Part shown: in pieces, positions 1-12,689 of the stretch
Layout of the letters: each line of letters opens with the position of its first letter
Numbering within the stretch: position 1 is the first letter of the stretch
Assembly (NCBI RefSeq): GCF_006345805.1
Contig: NC_043005.1
Coordinates: 30,070,001 to 30,134,000, forward strand
Source of the DNA: Octopus sinensis
Taxonomy: Eukaryota
Length of the DNA: 64,000 nt
Direction: 5' to 3'
Notes under the pieces: model-generated
What the model was told of the DNA's origin: nothing
Databases searched by the model: none
Seen by the model: only the letters and a program-made list of their open reading frames with translations
Program-made: the position numbers and the translations under genes

Positions 1-486
1 AAATACCAGTGTCATACAGCAGTACTGCAATGTCATACATTCATACACTGAATATTGTAGTGTCGTACACCTGTATTGTAGTGTTGTACACTAGTACTGT
101 TGTGCTATACACTGATAATATAGTATTATACACCACTTCTTGACTGCCTATGACTAGCTTTACTCAGGTGAATCAGGGCTGAGCATGAACAGTATTAAGA
201 TCCTTACTACACTTTATAGACGCTGTTGTAGTGTCATATCTCTGCATACATACTATATACATATCCACTATCCATGTCTCACTAATGTTCTTCATCAGAC
301 ATCTTATACACACCACCTAGAGTCCCTGGCATTCATTCTCCATATGTTTCATTGCGATACACACAGTATATAGTCCTCTTTTTATTGTTCAAACTGAAGA
401 ACTGGTAACTCTCAGAGCTGTTCAACTGATCTACAGAACTCATGAGATTTTTCATGCACCCTAACCACTCAGTGATTGCTATTTGC

Positions 487-517
<31 letters not shown>

Positions 518-737
518 TATGCTTGCAGTTGCATGTTTTATCTTTTACCTGTTTTGGTCGTGGGGTTGTGGCCGTGTTTTTGACTCCACCTTGAAGGGTT
601 CAGTTGAACAAATCGACCCCAGTACACGTTCTGAAGTCTGGCGCTTATTCTATCGTTCTCTTTTGTTAAACTGTTAAGTCATGGAGGCGTAAACTAACCA
701 ACATTGGTTGTAAGTGGGCAGACACAAAGACACTCCC

Positions 738-819
<82 letters not shown>

Positions 820-869
820 ATATATATTATATATATATATACACGCGTTTATGTTTAAAGGATAGGCTT

Positions 870-1010
870 CTTCCAGCTTCCATCTGAAAAATACACGCAC
901 GGGGCTTTGGTCAGCCTATGGCTATAGTAAAAGACCTCGGTTCCAGTGAGGCCGAACCCAGAACCATGTGGTTGGGATGCAAGCTTCTTACCACACAGCC
1001 ACGCCTGCAC
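870..1010 (-). mobile_element. tRNA-derived SINE copy
   Basis: Minus-strand head caggcgtggctgtgtggtaagaagcttgc...ggttctgggttcgg with A/B-box-like motifs. Many further copies occur in the window. Confidence 0.65.
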
Positions 1011-1540
1011 TTGTTGGTGTATTTTGTTTGAATATCCTTAGCTGTGTGAATGTTGTACAGTATATTCAAACGGTATGCCATCAGTAAGCTTGGCTCATGT
1101 AGTTTGTTCAGATTTCTAATGATTATAACGTTTATGAAATATTTGGAAAACATGAGCGTTAAAAAAGAATTTTTTTCTTCTGTGAAAACTAACCTAACAA
1201 GGTCTAAGGGAGACCACTCCATTCCGTCATGGAGATTACTCTTCGAAAACGATCAGCTGTAATAACATTTTTATCAGCAGTTCCCAGCAATAGATGCCTT
1301 TATTGAACTGAATAGCAAATGAAAAATTGTAGAGTTTTGAGCCTTGCTCACTATTTTAAATCTCTACTATTTCATCAGTACATTTCAGTACTTTAATTCA
1401 AACCATATAAAAAAAACAAATTTTTTTAGGTGTTTTTGTGGCAGGAATGTTTTAAATTAGTTAACAACTATAGGAAGAATTTTAGAAATATTCTCACAGG
1501 AATGACTCTTTATATATCTGATTTTACTTTTTGATTGCAG

Positions 1541-1691
1541 TACTGGTGAAAATATCGTTGTTTTTATCTGGAACCAACTTTCTGAAGAACTGAATCAACG
1601 TAATCAAGCTGACCTTCTATTTGAAATAAAACTACACGAAACAGAGAAAAATGTCTTCTCTTATTATGGAGAAAAAACGTCATCAAAATGA
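1541..1691 (+). CDS. PTS: Last coding exon of 6-pyruvoyl-tetrahydropterin synthase (upstream exons outside window)
   Basis: Acceptor ttttactttttgattgcag at 1540, phase 2. Reads (S)TGENIVVFIWNQLSEELNQRNQADLLFEIKLHETEKNVFSYYGEKTSSK* (TGA 1689-1691). Matches the PTPS C-terminus (human STTENVAVYIWDNL...KVYETDNNIVVYKGE), with the STxEN and ET motifs and an intron at the same Ser codon as I recall for human PTS. Not in the supplied ORF track. Confidence 0.88.
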
Positions 1692-2086
1692 AGATGACAC
1701 AATCAAAGGAGTTTATTCTTAAAGAACGTTTTTGAACCTAATTGGCTATTCTTCAAAGGTCTGTGAGCAATTCTAGTAACATGGTTTGGTTGTTTAATTC
1801 CTGTTAGTTTTAGATAAACAAAATATTGATCCATTTTAGAATATTCTATCGACTGTTGGTTGAAAAATTGTGTTATATCATTGACTAAACCACTAAACGT
1901 TTAATTACGCATTCCACTTTGTAAATAGCTACTACAGCACAAGTTATCTGACAAAAGTTAACTTGCAGTGTTGAGCTCTGTGCAGGAACATTTGCCTGTT
2001 CTTTGCATACTTTATGGTGCCTCTTCTCCAGGTATGTCATGGAGTGAACTCTGGTACAAAATAACACCTTTGGGTAAATTGTAAAG

Positions 2087-2092
2087 AATAAA
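2087..2092 (+). other. Candidate polyadenylation signal of PTS
   Basis: AATAAA about 400 nt after the PTS stop, followed by a GT-rich tract (gttgttgcagtgtgt). Motif evidence only. Confidence 0.35.
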
Positions 2093-2289
2093 TAGAAATA
2101 TAAGTTGTTGCAGTGTGTATTATGTATCCTTCATCTGATAATGAGTGACGTTTGTGCTGTCAGTGTCTTATCCTATAGCTTTCTAATTAGTAGACCAACA
2201 TTTTGATAATGAGTGAACCATAAAATTTGTTTGGTTTTCATGGTTTTTAAATATAATTTTATTTTCATGCATCACTTATCTCTGTTTCA

Positions 2290-2360
2290 TTAGCCTTAAA
2301 GGGTTAAAAGTAACGAATCTGTTGATAACAGATTCGTTACTTTTAACCCTTTAAGGCTAA
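2290..2360. repeat. Perfect 34-bp inverted repeat with 3-nt loop
   Basis: ttagccttaaagggttaaaagtaacgaatctgtt-gat-aacagattcgttacttttaaccctttaaggctaa. Confidence 0.97.
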
Positions 2361-5300
2361 CATACATAGGATTAGATTCATATTTCTTGGCTCACAAATT
2401 AATGAAACTGTATGTGTGTGAGCGTATATATATATATATATATATATATACATACATACATACACACACACATACTCTGATATTACAGATCTCTTTACAC
2501 ACCTTTATAAATATCACTTCAAATTTCTTCAACATTATCTCTTGTAAATATGAATGAGTGTGAAATCCTGTTTTCAAACAAATATAGGTTGAATTGCTTT
2601 GTTTCATAATTTTCAACAAGTAAGTCCTGTGTTTTCAATTTGAACCTAACAATTTTAAATACTTCTTTTGTTTTGTTTAATATTTCATCTAAAAGTTGTT
2701 ACCTTTTATAATGATGTATTTAGGATATTCTTATACATGACATTTATGACAGACTATCTGCTCCATATAATAACTGCTTCACGTCCCATCTCTCAAGTCC
2801 TCATTTCTTCTCTGTCAGAATTCCAATTATTTTCCTTTTAAAACTCAGTTACTTAACCAGATGATGAGTGGGGGCACTGATGTGCTGTGTTCATTCCATT
2901 TCATGATCTGTAAAAGGTGACAATAGGAAGCCACACCTGTATATTTCTTCATGTCATTGTATGAAAACTTATTTAAGATTACCAGAATCATTTTCATTAT
3001 CTTCTTTGTGAGGTGATGCAAACTCCAGCTTAAAGTATTTTCTTCATAGATAATAAACTATTCTGAATGCGTGACAAATGTAAAAATTCATTTTCAGCAG
3101 CTGATTTTTATTTTGATTAACTGATCTAAATAGATTTATTTTCTTTGTTTGGAGTTTTTGAAGTAGATTTTAAGCACTTCCAGAGGAAGTTTTAGAATAT
3201 TTTAAAGATTTGTAACAATTTAAAATTACCTCTAATTATGTAGAGCCCTGATTTAGACATTCCTTTTCACTAATTTCATTTCAAATGATTTGTCGTAATT
3301 AGTGACATCCCCAATTTAAGTCTTTCAAAATGTGTGCCAAGTCATCAAAATACTCTGATTGAAAAACACTGCCATGAAAACCTAGAACTGGCCTGTGAGA
3401 GAAATGTTGCATATTGTTCCATGGTTATGAAATGTATCTCCAAAACAAGGGGAAGCATTAACAATGTATATGTCAACCAGACCAAAAGTTCAGGGGCAGA
3501 ACAACATTGCAAATTAACAGAGCTTTACAGTGCTGTCTTCTTTGCTACTTCTTTGTATAGACAGGTGGACTAAGCCATTTGATTGTGAAATGTCTTGGAC
3601 CCAAAAATAATGCTGTGCCAAGATCTAATCTACTGACCATTATTTATCTTCCATTGTCCAAGACTCATTCAACAAATCAAATTCTGATTTTTATGTAAAT
3701 TTCAATGAAAATAGTTTATTTTAATTAATACTGATAATGTTTAATAATCATCAGAAATATTGGTGTAATTAACCCATTAACAATACAGAAAGCTTTAAAT
3801 TCTCATTCCACAAATAATTACAATTAAACAAGAATAATTAACAGAAAGGATGAGAAAGTCATTAATGAAGTAGGAAATAATTTGGGTTTGTGAAAAGTTA
3901 ATAATAATAATATGAACAGTATTTAAAATTAAAATAAGTTCTGTGTTGTACAATTTTCTGACTGTCTTGTTTTACAAACATTTTGTGTTTGTAATGTGCA
4001 GTGAAGGGTTTGCTATTTTTTGATTTTTCACAAATCTGTTTAAATATAAATTTTGTTTTCATATTGAATTGTCCCTTCTGGAATAAGAAAACCAGTTTGC
4101 AAGGTATTTGTGTATCGGATAAAACAGAATCCAAGGAGACTGGTGGTTGTTTAACACAGGCAAGACTTTTATTACTTGGAAAAAAAGTAACAGAAAGACT
4201 TAAATGAAATTGCCAGTCACTCTTAAACCTGGAGAAAGACTTTGTCCTAAATATTGGATGCTCCACTCCCCAACACTAATCATTTTACTCTTTCTCTGTC
4301 TATATATATATATATATATACATGCATACATATACACATGTAAGTTTGTATATAAAATGTTGAATTTCATTGTTTATTGTATAAAACATATTTTAAAGAC
4401 CCAATCTGTCTTTTGTCTTCATGTGTTTTAAATAACATCCATGCATTATTGATTTCTTTATTGTCTTAGAGAGAATTAGATGGATGTCTTTGAAAGATGA
4501 TGGCTTACTGGCTGCAGAACAGATCTCATTACAACCAGTGAACTCTCTAGGAATCATGTAGGAGTATGTTTTTGTTAGTTTCTTCCTTTTTAACAATAAT
4601 ATTAGTTAACTTCTACAAACAAACCCCTTGAACACAATGATATCTTAAACAAGGTGTGACGTCAAAGATTAAACACCAGTAAAACATGGATAACTTGGAT
4701 GAGAATACAAAAATCTTTTCCTCTGGCAGAGCAGAAACGTGACTGCTGTGCTGTCTTTTTAGAAGAAGGTATGCAAAATTACATTATCTTTTGGGGTCAA
4801 TTAGCTTTCCTTATTTCAGGGAGATTTAGTTGATATTTTTAGCAGATCAAATAACCTCGTAGACGTTTCTGCTTTGGGTTGGTTTCTTTAGTATTGCTGT
4901 GTTTGGTTGGAGGAGGAGTGGGGGGGGGCAGCATAGGACCAAATATTTCAGATGACTTTACAAATTAGGATAGATGGAAGTATTTGCATAAATGTGTAAC
5001 AAGATGTGATCGTTTGGGAAGGAGGTCATTTAATTACAGTTGTGACTGATGCAGTTAAGAATTCTTTTGGTGTTACATAAATCATGCAAATAAAAGGGAA
5101 ATGGGGTTAGGGATGATTACAGTTTTATTTTCCAAAACAAGAAAAATAATAATTTCAAGTGTTTTTCTTTAGTTGAAACCCAAAATTTGTTTAACTCAGC
5201 TTAAGCACCAACTGTATATGTCTGCCCAGAGTCTGAGGTGGACACCCTGCAGAGCTCTTCATTTCTCTCAGATATTTAAACCACCCTGCCTATAAACATA

Positions 5301-6096
5301 TCCTAATAAATGATTCAGTGTGGCATGGCCAAAAATCAGTTGGGAACCACTGCTCAAAGCAGAACTGGATAAATTATTTATTTCTGCTATTTTGATTGAT
5401 TTATTCTCGAGACAAAATGATTGTTGAGGTATAAAACCTATGCTTAACACATTATTTCCTAACCATTCTCTTATCAGTTTAAATTAAACTACCTTAATTA
5501 GTTCATTTTTGGTAATGAGTACAGAAATAATACCAGTTTATATTATTTAAAAGTTAAAAAGCTTCTCATTTAGTTTGTTTACACCAAAAGATATGGAAGA
5601 AAAAAAAAGCCAACTTTCCTAGAATTAGTTATAATTCTGATGATATTCTTTCATTTAGTAGAAATAATTAAAGAAAGGTGTGCTTAGGCAAGACTGCTGA
5701 CTTATATGCCAAGTAATGAAGTTCACAGCCAAGAAATAGAAATATAAGGCTTTGATAATCAAATATGAGATAAGTACAAGTCATATGCATACGTTCAGAA
5801 GAAGACTGAAGTATTAGCTGCTAGCCTTTGTCGGGCAGTTTGGCGAAGACTGGCAGGTCAAAACTTCAAAGTTACAGACATCCTTTCTTCTAAAAGTATA
5901 ATAAATATTTGCTTATAATAAAAACAATTTAGAGTGGTTGTATACTGTCAACTTAACGTGACAGTCCTGTAAGGGAATTACACCACTGCTGTTTAGCCCT
6001 AGGAAGCATCGACGCTTCCTGTTGGCCTTGATACATTTCCTGTGTCCTTATATATTTACGAAGGGGAGACAAATACCCCCAACAGCTAGGCCTGCA

Positions 6097-6143
6097 TCTA
6101 GAGACACGCATGTTTCTGGGTCTTTGCCCATCATCGGTCTAGA
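6097..6143 (-). ncRNA. Minimal type I hammerhead-ribozyme-like motif (repeat-derived, U4C variant)
   Basis: Minus strand reads tctaga-CCGATGA-tggg(caaaga)ccca-GAAAC-a(tgcg)t-GTC-tctaga. Helices I, II and III can all form, with a GUC cleavage triplet. Confidence 0.6.
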
Positions 6144-6191
6144 GTAGCAGAGGCCTGCTAGCTGAAGATATCTGTCTAGACTTCGTAAAAA

Positions 6192-6227
<36 letters not shown>

Positions 6228-6949
6228 AGTGAAGTTTATTCACTGATCACCAAAATTAGAAATATTAAATTTCTAAATATCTCATAGAGATATGTACGGT
6301 TTTCGTAAAGGTGACATAAAAATAAACATTTGTATGCGAGTCTTCTATGTTGAATTTAGTCAACAGAAACTTTGGAAACCCATTGTGTGTGTTATTATTA
6401 TGTGTTTATGTTTACTGATGGTGTTGATAAGGATAACTTAGTGATTCAATAAAAAAAATATCTGACTGAAATAGGGGCCAAAACAAATGCATAAAACTCC
6501 AGAAGGCACTGCAACCCAGTAATTGAAACCAGTAGAAGAAAATCAACTCTTCTTTGAAGACACAAATAGCAGAACTTTATTCATTTTTTTAATTGTATGC
6601 AATTTAAAAAAAACAGGTTACCATCAAGTACGTGTATATGTGAACAAACTAAACCATTTTATTCATTTTTTTTTTGTTGATTTTGTTTTTTGTCAACTTT
6701 ACATTTAATGTTGAAACTCCTAAATCATAACCATCAGTTATATTGTCAAATTTGAATAATGGACATCAAAGATCTCGAAACAATTGAAAACTGAACTCAC
6801 AATGTCACCTCTGTATAAATGGTAATAATAAAAGATTTTTTTATCATAAAAGGTCAAAAGAAACTTAAGAGATTTAAGACAGTTTTGGCAGGAATGTTAA
6901 CATGGAGCAAATTCAAACACCCAGTCATCAAAGACACAACAGTCATAAT

Positions 6950-7620
6950 GATTATAATTTAGGCACAAGGCCAGCAATTTTGATTGGGTGGAGGACCAAG
7001 TCAATTACACTGACCCCAATACTTGGCTGGTGGTTTATTGACCCCGAAAGGATGAAAGGCAAATTTGATCTTGGCAGGATTTGAACTCAGGATAAAACAG
7101 CTGGATGAAATGCTGTTAAGAAATTAGTCTGACATGCTAATGAGTCTGCCAGCTTGCTGCCCTAATGAGGATGGTGATGATAATTTTTAACACAGGTCGA
7201 AATTTGGGGACATGAGAGTCAATTAAACTGAGACCAGTACATGACTGGTATTTATTTTATCAAAAGGATGAAAAACAAAATCAACCTTGGTGAAATTTGA
7301 ACTCAGAATGTAAAGAACTGCAAGAAATGCCAATGGGCCTTTTGTCCAATGTTTTAACAATTCTGTCAGTTCACTGGCTGGATAACAATCCTTTCTACTC
7401 ACAAAGCTTGAAATTTTGGTGGGAGGGCATAGCTGATTTCATCAACACCAGTACATGTCTGGTACTTTATCTTATTGACCCCAAAAGAATAAAAGGTAAA
7501 GTCAACCATGGTGGAATTTGAACTCAGAATGTAAAGCCAGATGAAATGCCACTAAGTATTTTGTCTGGTGTGCTATCCATTCTGCCAGCTCACCGCCTTA
7601 AATAATAATAATAATAATAA
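6950..7620 (+). mobile_element. Cluster of about three copies of an abundant SINE-like repeat
   Basis: Repeated aggcacaaggc...aaaggatgaaaggcaaa...gaatttgaactcag motif, also present at about 31000, 32000, 36730 and 44750. Boundaries are approximate. Confidence 0.65.
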
Positions 7621-9227
7621 TGACATTTATGATAAATATATAGCAAAATGCCTGGAAATGTTTACAGAGAAAACAATGCTGGGAAGACATTTTGCAGAGA
7701 ATACAATGATTGTGGCCAAATGTTAAAAGTGTATTGTTAGAAGTGAATCAAAGAATGACAACGTGACAACAACACTTTAGTTTTGACAATAATAGAAATT
7801 AGTATTGAATAATCAGTCCAGGCCATTGTTACCCTGCTTTAATAAACATTTGAAAATATTACAAATATAGAAATGAGTGTTTGACACATACACATTATAT
7901 ATAGATAGATAGATATTGATGGATGTTATTTATATATGTGGGTGTTGCTTTTCACACTATCCGCTGACCATCCATTCAAAGTAAAAATATCAAGAGAAAG
8001 TGATTAAAAATATGTTTTATGCAAGAAAATCTTCGCACTTTCTGCTCCTGAGATAAACTGCTTCAAAACAATTTTTTTTCCGTTTTTTTTTTTCCTTTAA
8101 TTATAATATCGGATAATATTTTGATGAATAATTTATTTGACAGTGTTTTGGGATCATTAATTAGTTAAATGAGATGGGTGTACAATTTGTCATGAAGTAA
8201 CCATAATACTGGTACCTGTCAGGATGACAGGTAACATTTGGCAAGCAATGAGAACACAGTCAATGAGTCTATTTATATATATATACACACACATATATAT
8301 ATAATATCATTTTGTTTTTGAGCAAAAGTTCATAAGGTCTTGCCTTGGCCACCACTAATTATACTAACGAAGAGTTAAAGTAGAGGAATATATTTAACTG
8401 ATTCACTCACAAACCAAGTTGTTTAGTAAACACTAAGGACTGAAGATGCCAACCTCTGAATCCATTTCTAATCATTTATGTACTTTATATAAGGCCACTT
8501 TCTCTGACCAATCAATTTTGTCATTTCGTTAAATATTTTTAATAAGTTACATTATAAAAATTTAGAAACTGTGAGTGACATGGAATAATTAATTTTTAAC
8601 AGAAATCAAAGTAGATAAAACTAAAAGAAATAGTAAATTTTATGTTAAAAATCCTTTGGTAGCCTTTCACTTTTCTTATTCAAAAGGTAAAGACTTATTT
8701 TCAAAAAGATTTTTCTCAAAGAGAGTTGTGATTTTCAACAAAATCTACCCCAAAATTATTGTTTTACCATGTTTTGTTTAAAAGCTGGTTTCAGAACATA
8801 ACAGCTTTCATTATTAAAAACAATTATCATATTTAAACCATTTCATTTTCTAATTGTTAAAAGTAAATAAAAGCAATAAAATGAGTATTTTTCCCCTTTT
8901 GTAAATTTTCCAATTTGTTATGTGGGCAGAGATCTGCTAGGTTTCCATTCTAAAAACATTATGGCACCAAGTAATCAGAATAAAATATTACTGTTTATAT
9001 GCAAATTGCTTCAAAAATAAACCCATCTCTCAAAATCTAAGACAGGAATAAATAACATTCCAACTCCTTACTGTGGCACATAAGACGGCTAGAGAAGTTT
9101 AAGGTAGAAGAGAAATAAATATACAGACATTTAGCAACATTTCTCACTTGTTCTTTGGTAATTTTTCCGTTTTTTTTTCTTTTTTATCTTTTTGATCGAA
9201 TTTTGTAGAATTATAACATTTCTTCAT

Positions 9228-9322
9228 TCATTGTGGGCTTTCGACATCTGCAACTCCAAGTTTCTTGTTAGTTTCTTCCTGCATTTTAGCTTCATATTCT
9301 CGCAAGTCTTCTAGACTCATTC
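9228..9322 (-). CDS. PITPNC1: PITPNC1/RdgB-beta terminal coding exon (exon 10)
   Basis: Acceptor cttattattag, phase 1. Reads (G)MSLEDLREYEAKMQEETNKKLGVADVESPQ*, similar to vertebrate PITPNC1 DMTMDDVREYE...TN.K. Confidence 0.92.
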
Positions 9323-9563
9323 CTAATAATAAGAATAATAGCAATAATCAGATTTTGGCACAAAGCAAGCAATTTTGAGGGATAAAGTTAGTGAAAACCC
9401 ATTAACTCCAGTACATGACTGGTACTTTATTTTACTGACCACCACCCCACCCTCAACCCTCGAGGGACGAAAGGCAAAGTTGTCCTTGGTAGGATCTGAA
9501 ATCAGGATGCAAAGAATTGAAACAAATACCACAAGGCATTTTTTTCTGACTAACAATTCTGCC

Positions 9564-9968
9564 ATTAGAAAATTACTATTTTTAAATCTCACAATGAGAG
9601 ATATTCAGCAACAGTACTTTGGAGTAAAGATTGTTTGCCAACATAACATGGCAGTCCTCATTTAGGATGAATGTTGCTGTAATTTAGCCCCAGGAGACAT
9701 CAACTTCAGCTGGCTATATGACACGATCTGTGTCCTTATACTTTTGAACAAGGAAATCTAGCACCCCCACTTGCGATACACCCGGAAATCACGATACACA
9801 GATATTGTTGTGAGCTGAGTGGGGGTGCTAGATTCCCTTGTTTGAAAATATAAGGACACAGATCGTGTCGTATAGCCAGCTGGAGACGATGTCACCTGGG
9901 GCTAAATTACAGCAACATTCGTCCTGAACCAGGACTGCCATGTTATGTTGGCAAATAATCTTTACTAC
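9564..9968. mobile_element. Palindromic (foldback/MITE-like) non-autonomous element, copy 1
   Basis: About 150-bp internal inverted arms around a short core, plus a ~55-bp one-sided extension. Flanked by the direct repeat acaattctgccatt (9553-9566 and 9967-9980). Confidence 0.85.
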
Positions 9969-10510
9969 AATTCTGCCATTGCAAAAATACAACTAAAAGA
10001 CTAAACAATAATAATCACTAAATAATAAACCCATTGTCCATTAAAAACATACAATTCAGTTTGATAAGAGACATTGTAGTACAAGGATCCTCAGGTTATG
10101 GGATTTCGCTCTTACAGAAATAGTAAATGATGACCATTAATTTCAGGATTTGGTCAGTAATTTTGCTCTTATGGAAGCTTGTGATGCATAGTTTTAAATT
10201 GTTAACAATTCAAACCTACACTTTCTTCTTCTTCTTATCTCAATAGTCACTTGCATTTTAGTTAATATCAGAGTATACAGGTGGTGCTATTGAGTTAGAC
10301 ATAGCCTGGGCCTATACTGGCCGAAACCTATCAAAGTTACAGTTAATGATTTGAAAAAGCTATAATCACGTTACACACATGTATATATAATGCACATAAT
10401 GTGAATATATATATTCACATTATATACATTATATATATATATATGAAAGTTTTGCATAATGAGATAAAAAAAAACAAGGCTGTATAGATATTAGAGCATT
10501 TATAGATAGG

Positions 10511-10560
10511 TCTTACAGCTGTTTCTAGGATATTAATTAATAATATCCCTTCATCGGAGA
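10511..10560 (-). ncRNA. Minimal type I hammerhead-like motif of Penelope type
   Basis: Minus strand reads tct-CCGATGA-a-gggatatta(ttaat)taatatcct-a-GAAAC-agct-GTA-aga. Confidence 0.55.
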
Positions 10561-11062
10561 GGAAAAATTAAGTCATAGTTAGTTTCAATGTGATACAAAT
10601 AGAGAGTGAGGTGGAAGAAAGAAAATAGATGTAAGATATGCATGGTATGTATAGTTATTGAATTCGTAAATCCGTTTTATAGGCATAATGGTATATATGT
10701 GTAATATTCCAATATCCTTTGAGTAAAATCCAAAAGTCCAACAGCGATATAGAGTTTATAAGCAATGTAAGATTCTCTTAAAGTTGGTCATTCCCAGTAG
10801 GGAATTTATATAGAGTGTAGCAGATTCAAGGTTTGTATTTAAACTGACCTAGAAATAGGTCATACACATGCATCCAGACAATGTAGACCCCACACACATT
10901 CATTTAACAATAGGTCAAATACTAAAACAAATAAAACAACTAACAATAACAGGCCTCGCTTATCACACACCCTACACAAAAAGTTAGATAACACTCATTT
11001 ATCTAACAGTTTAGATACCTCTATTCCCAGAGTCCCTAAAAAGAAGTGGCGGTCACTCCATT

Positions 11063-11250
11063 TTATGGTACACATCACCATTCTCACTTAACGTTAAGAA
11101 CCTAGCTAAATCCTTCTTTAGAATACTAGACTAACTTCCCTCGACAACATAAATATCACTCTATCTTTAATAGATCCACCCTGAAACTATCTTATTCAAA
11201 CTCACCTAACTTTGAATCTATTGTCGCAGCCTCGAATAAGCAAAAGCTCT
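11063..11250 (+). mobile_element. Decayed Penelope-like retroelement coding fragment (RT to GIY-YIG linker)
   Basis: With one stop/frameshift it reads LWYTSPFSLNVKNLAKSFFRILD / NFPRQHKYHSIFNRSTLKLSYSNSPNFESIVAASNKQKL. This resembles the Penelope WFNPPYS.NV.....F..L.D..FP..H..HKIFNR.T.K.SYS pattern. Confidence 0.75.
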
Positions 11251-11386
11251 CTCTTTACTATCAAAACTCACATAACTACAACTCTACTAATACAAATAAT
11301 CACACACATACATATTTAGCATAGATACCATTACACTTGGTCATAACCGCAACCCAACCCATTCTACTGACAATGCCCGGAACACC

Positions 11387-12502
11387 AAGGTAAATAAATA
11401 TTTTATCGTTAATTTATAATACAAATAAGAAAATGGAGAAACAATTTAGTTTGTTCATCAAATTTCGGATATTAGAATGTTGAATTATTTATTCATTTAA
11501 CGAAATGAGAACCTTAATAGCATACATATATACCTTATAATTCAATACATGTAAGATAAGAATACAAATTATAAAAATCATAATATAAATTATTGAAATC
11601 ATTAAAATCACTCCTTACAGCTGTTTCAGCCTATGGTTAAAAGTAGTTTTTTTATATTTTTATTGCCTATAGTTGTCAATTATATTGAGGTTGTAGGCAT
11701 TTAAAAATAGGGTACTTATATATATAACCATAGGCCTTGTCAGAGATTATAAAGAACTCCAAAAATATTAATACATGAAACAGGATACACGTATAATTTA
11801 ATATATATAAAAATATGAACAAATATCCATATAGACTTATACATATATACACATATACATACATAAGCAGAGTGTATATACTTATTCATGTGTAAAAATA
11901 CATAAATAAGCACTCCAGTATATTTATATATATGTATATGACAAATGGTCTATTTACTTGGACCTATTGTTTAATTGTGTTTATTTATGTATTTTTACTC
12001 ATGTATAAGTATATACACACCGCTTATGTATGTATATGTGTATATATATATAAGTCTATATGGATATTTGTTCATATTTTTATATATATTAAATTATACG
12101 TGTATCCTGTTTCATGTATTAATATTTTTGGAGTTCTTTATAATCTCAGGCGAGGCCTATGGTTATATATATAAGTACCCTATTTTTAAATGCCTACAAC
12201 CTCAATATAATTGACAACTATAGGCAATAAAAATTTAAAAAACTACTTTTAACCATAAGCTGAAACAGCTGTAAGGAGTGATTTTAATGATTTCAATAAT
12301 TTATATTATGATTTTTATAATTTGTATTCTTATCTTATATGTATTGAATTATAAGGTATATATGTATGCTATTAAGGTTCTCATTTTGTTAAATGAATAA
12401 ATAATTCAACATTCTAATATTCGAAAGTTGATGAACAAACTAAATTGTTTCTCCATTTTCTTATTTGTATTATAAATTAACGATAAAATATTTATTTACC
12501 TT
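11387..12502. repeat. Long inverted repeat, ~527-bp arms (11387-11913 / 11977-12502), 63-bp spacer; Penelope pseudo-LTR-like
   Basis: Arms are near-identical reverse complements. They lie next to a Penelope coding relic and contain GAAACAGCTGTAAG and a degenerate CTGACGA. Confidence 0.92.
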
Positions 12503-12646
12503 CACCCGTTTAATACAATAAGTAAGTTAATTGCATTGCAATTAAAAACATTTATGTATTAAGAATTTGGGTACTTTACCAACAGTATGTTGGATAAATA
12601 CTATCCCTTAGTGGGTTGTATCCATAACCCCTAACTTACTTTGTGG

Positions 12647-12686
<40 letters not shown>

Positions 12687-12689
<3 letters not shown>

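Noticed and set aside
4763-4768. ttttag-AAGAAG-gtatgc, resembling a 6-nt microexon on +
   Set aside because: No + strand gene is known to span this position, because the PTS coding sequence ends at 1691.
8445-8485. Possible alternative PITPNC1 terminal exon reading (E)MDSEVGIFSP*
   Set aside because: The acceptor lacks a pyrimidine tract and the similarity is too short to be meaningful.
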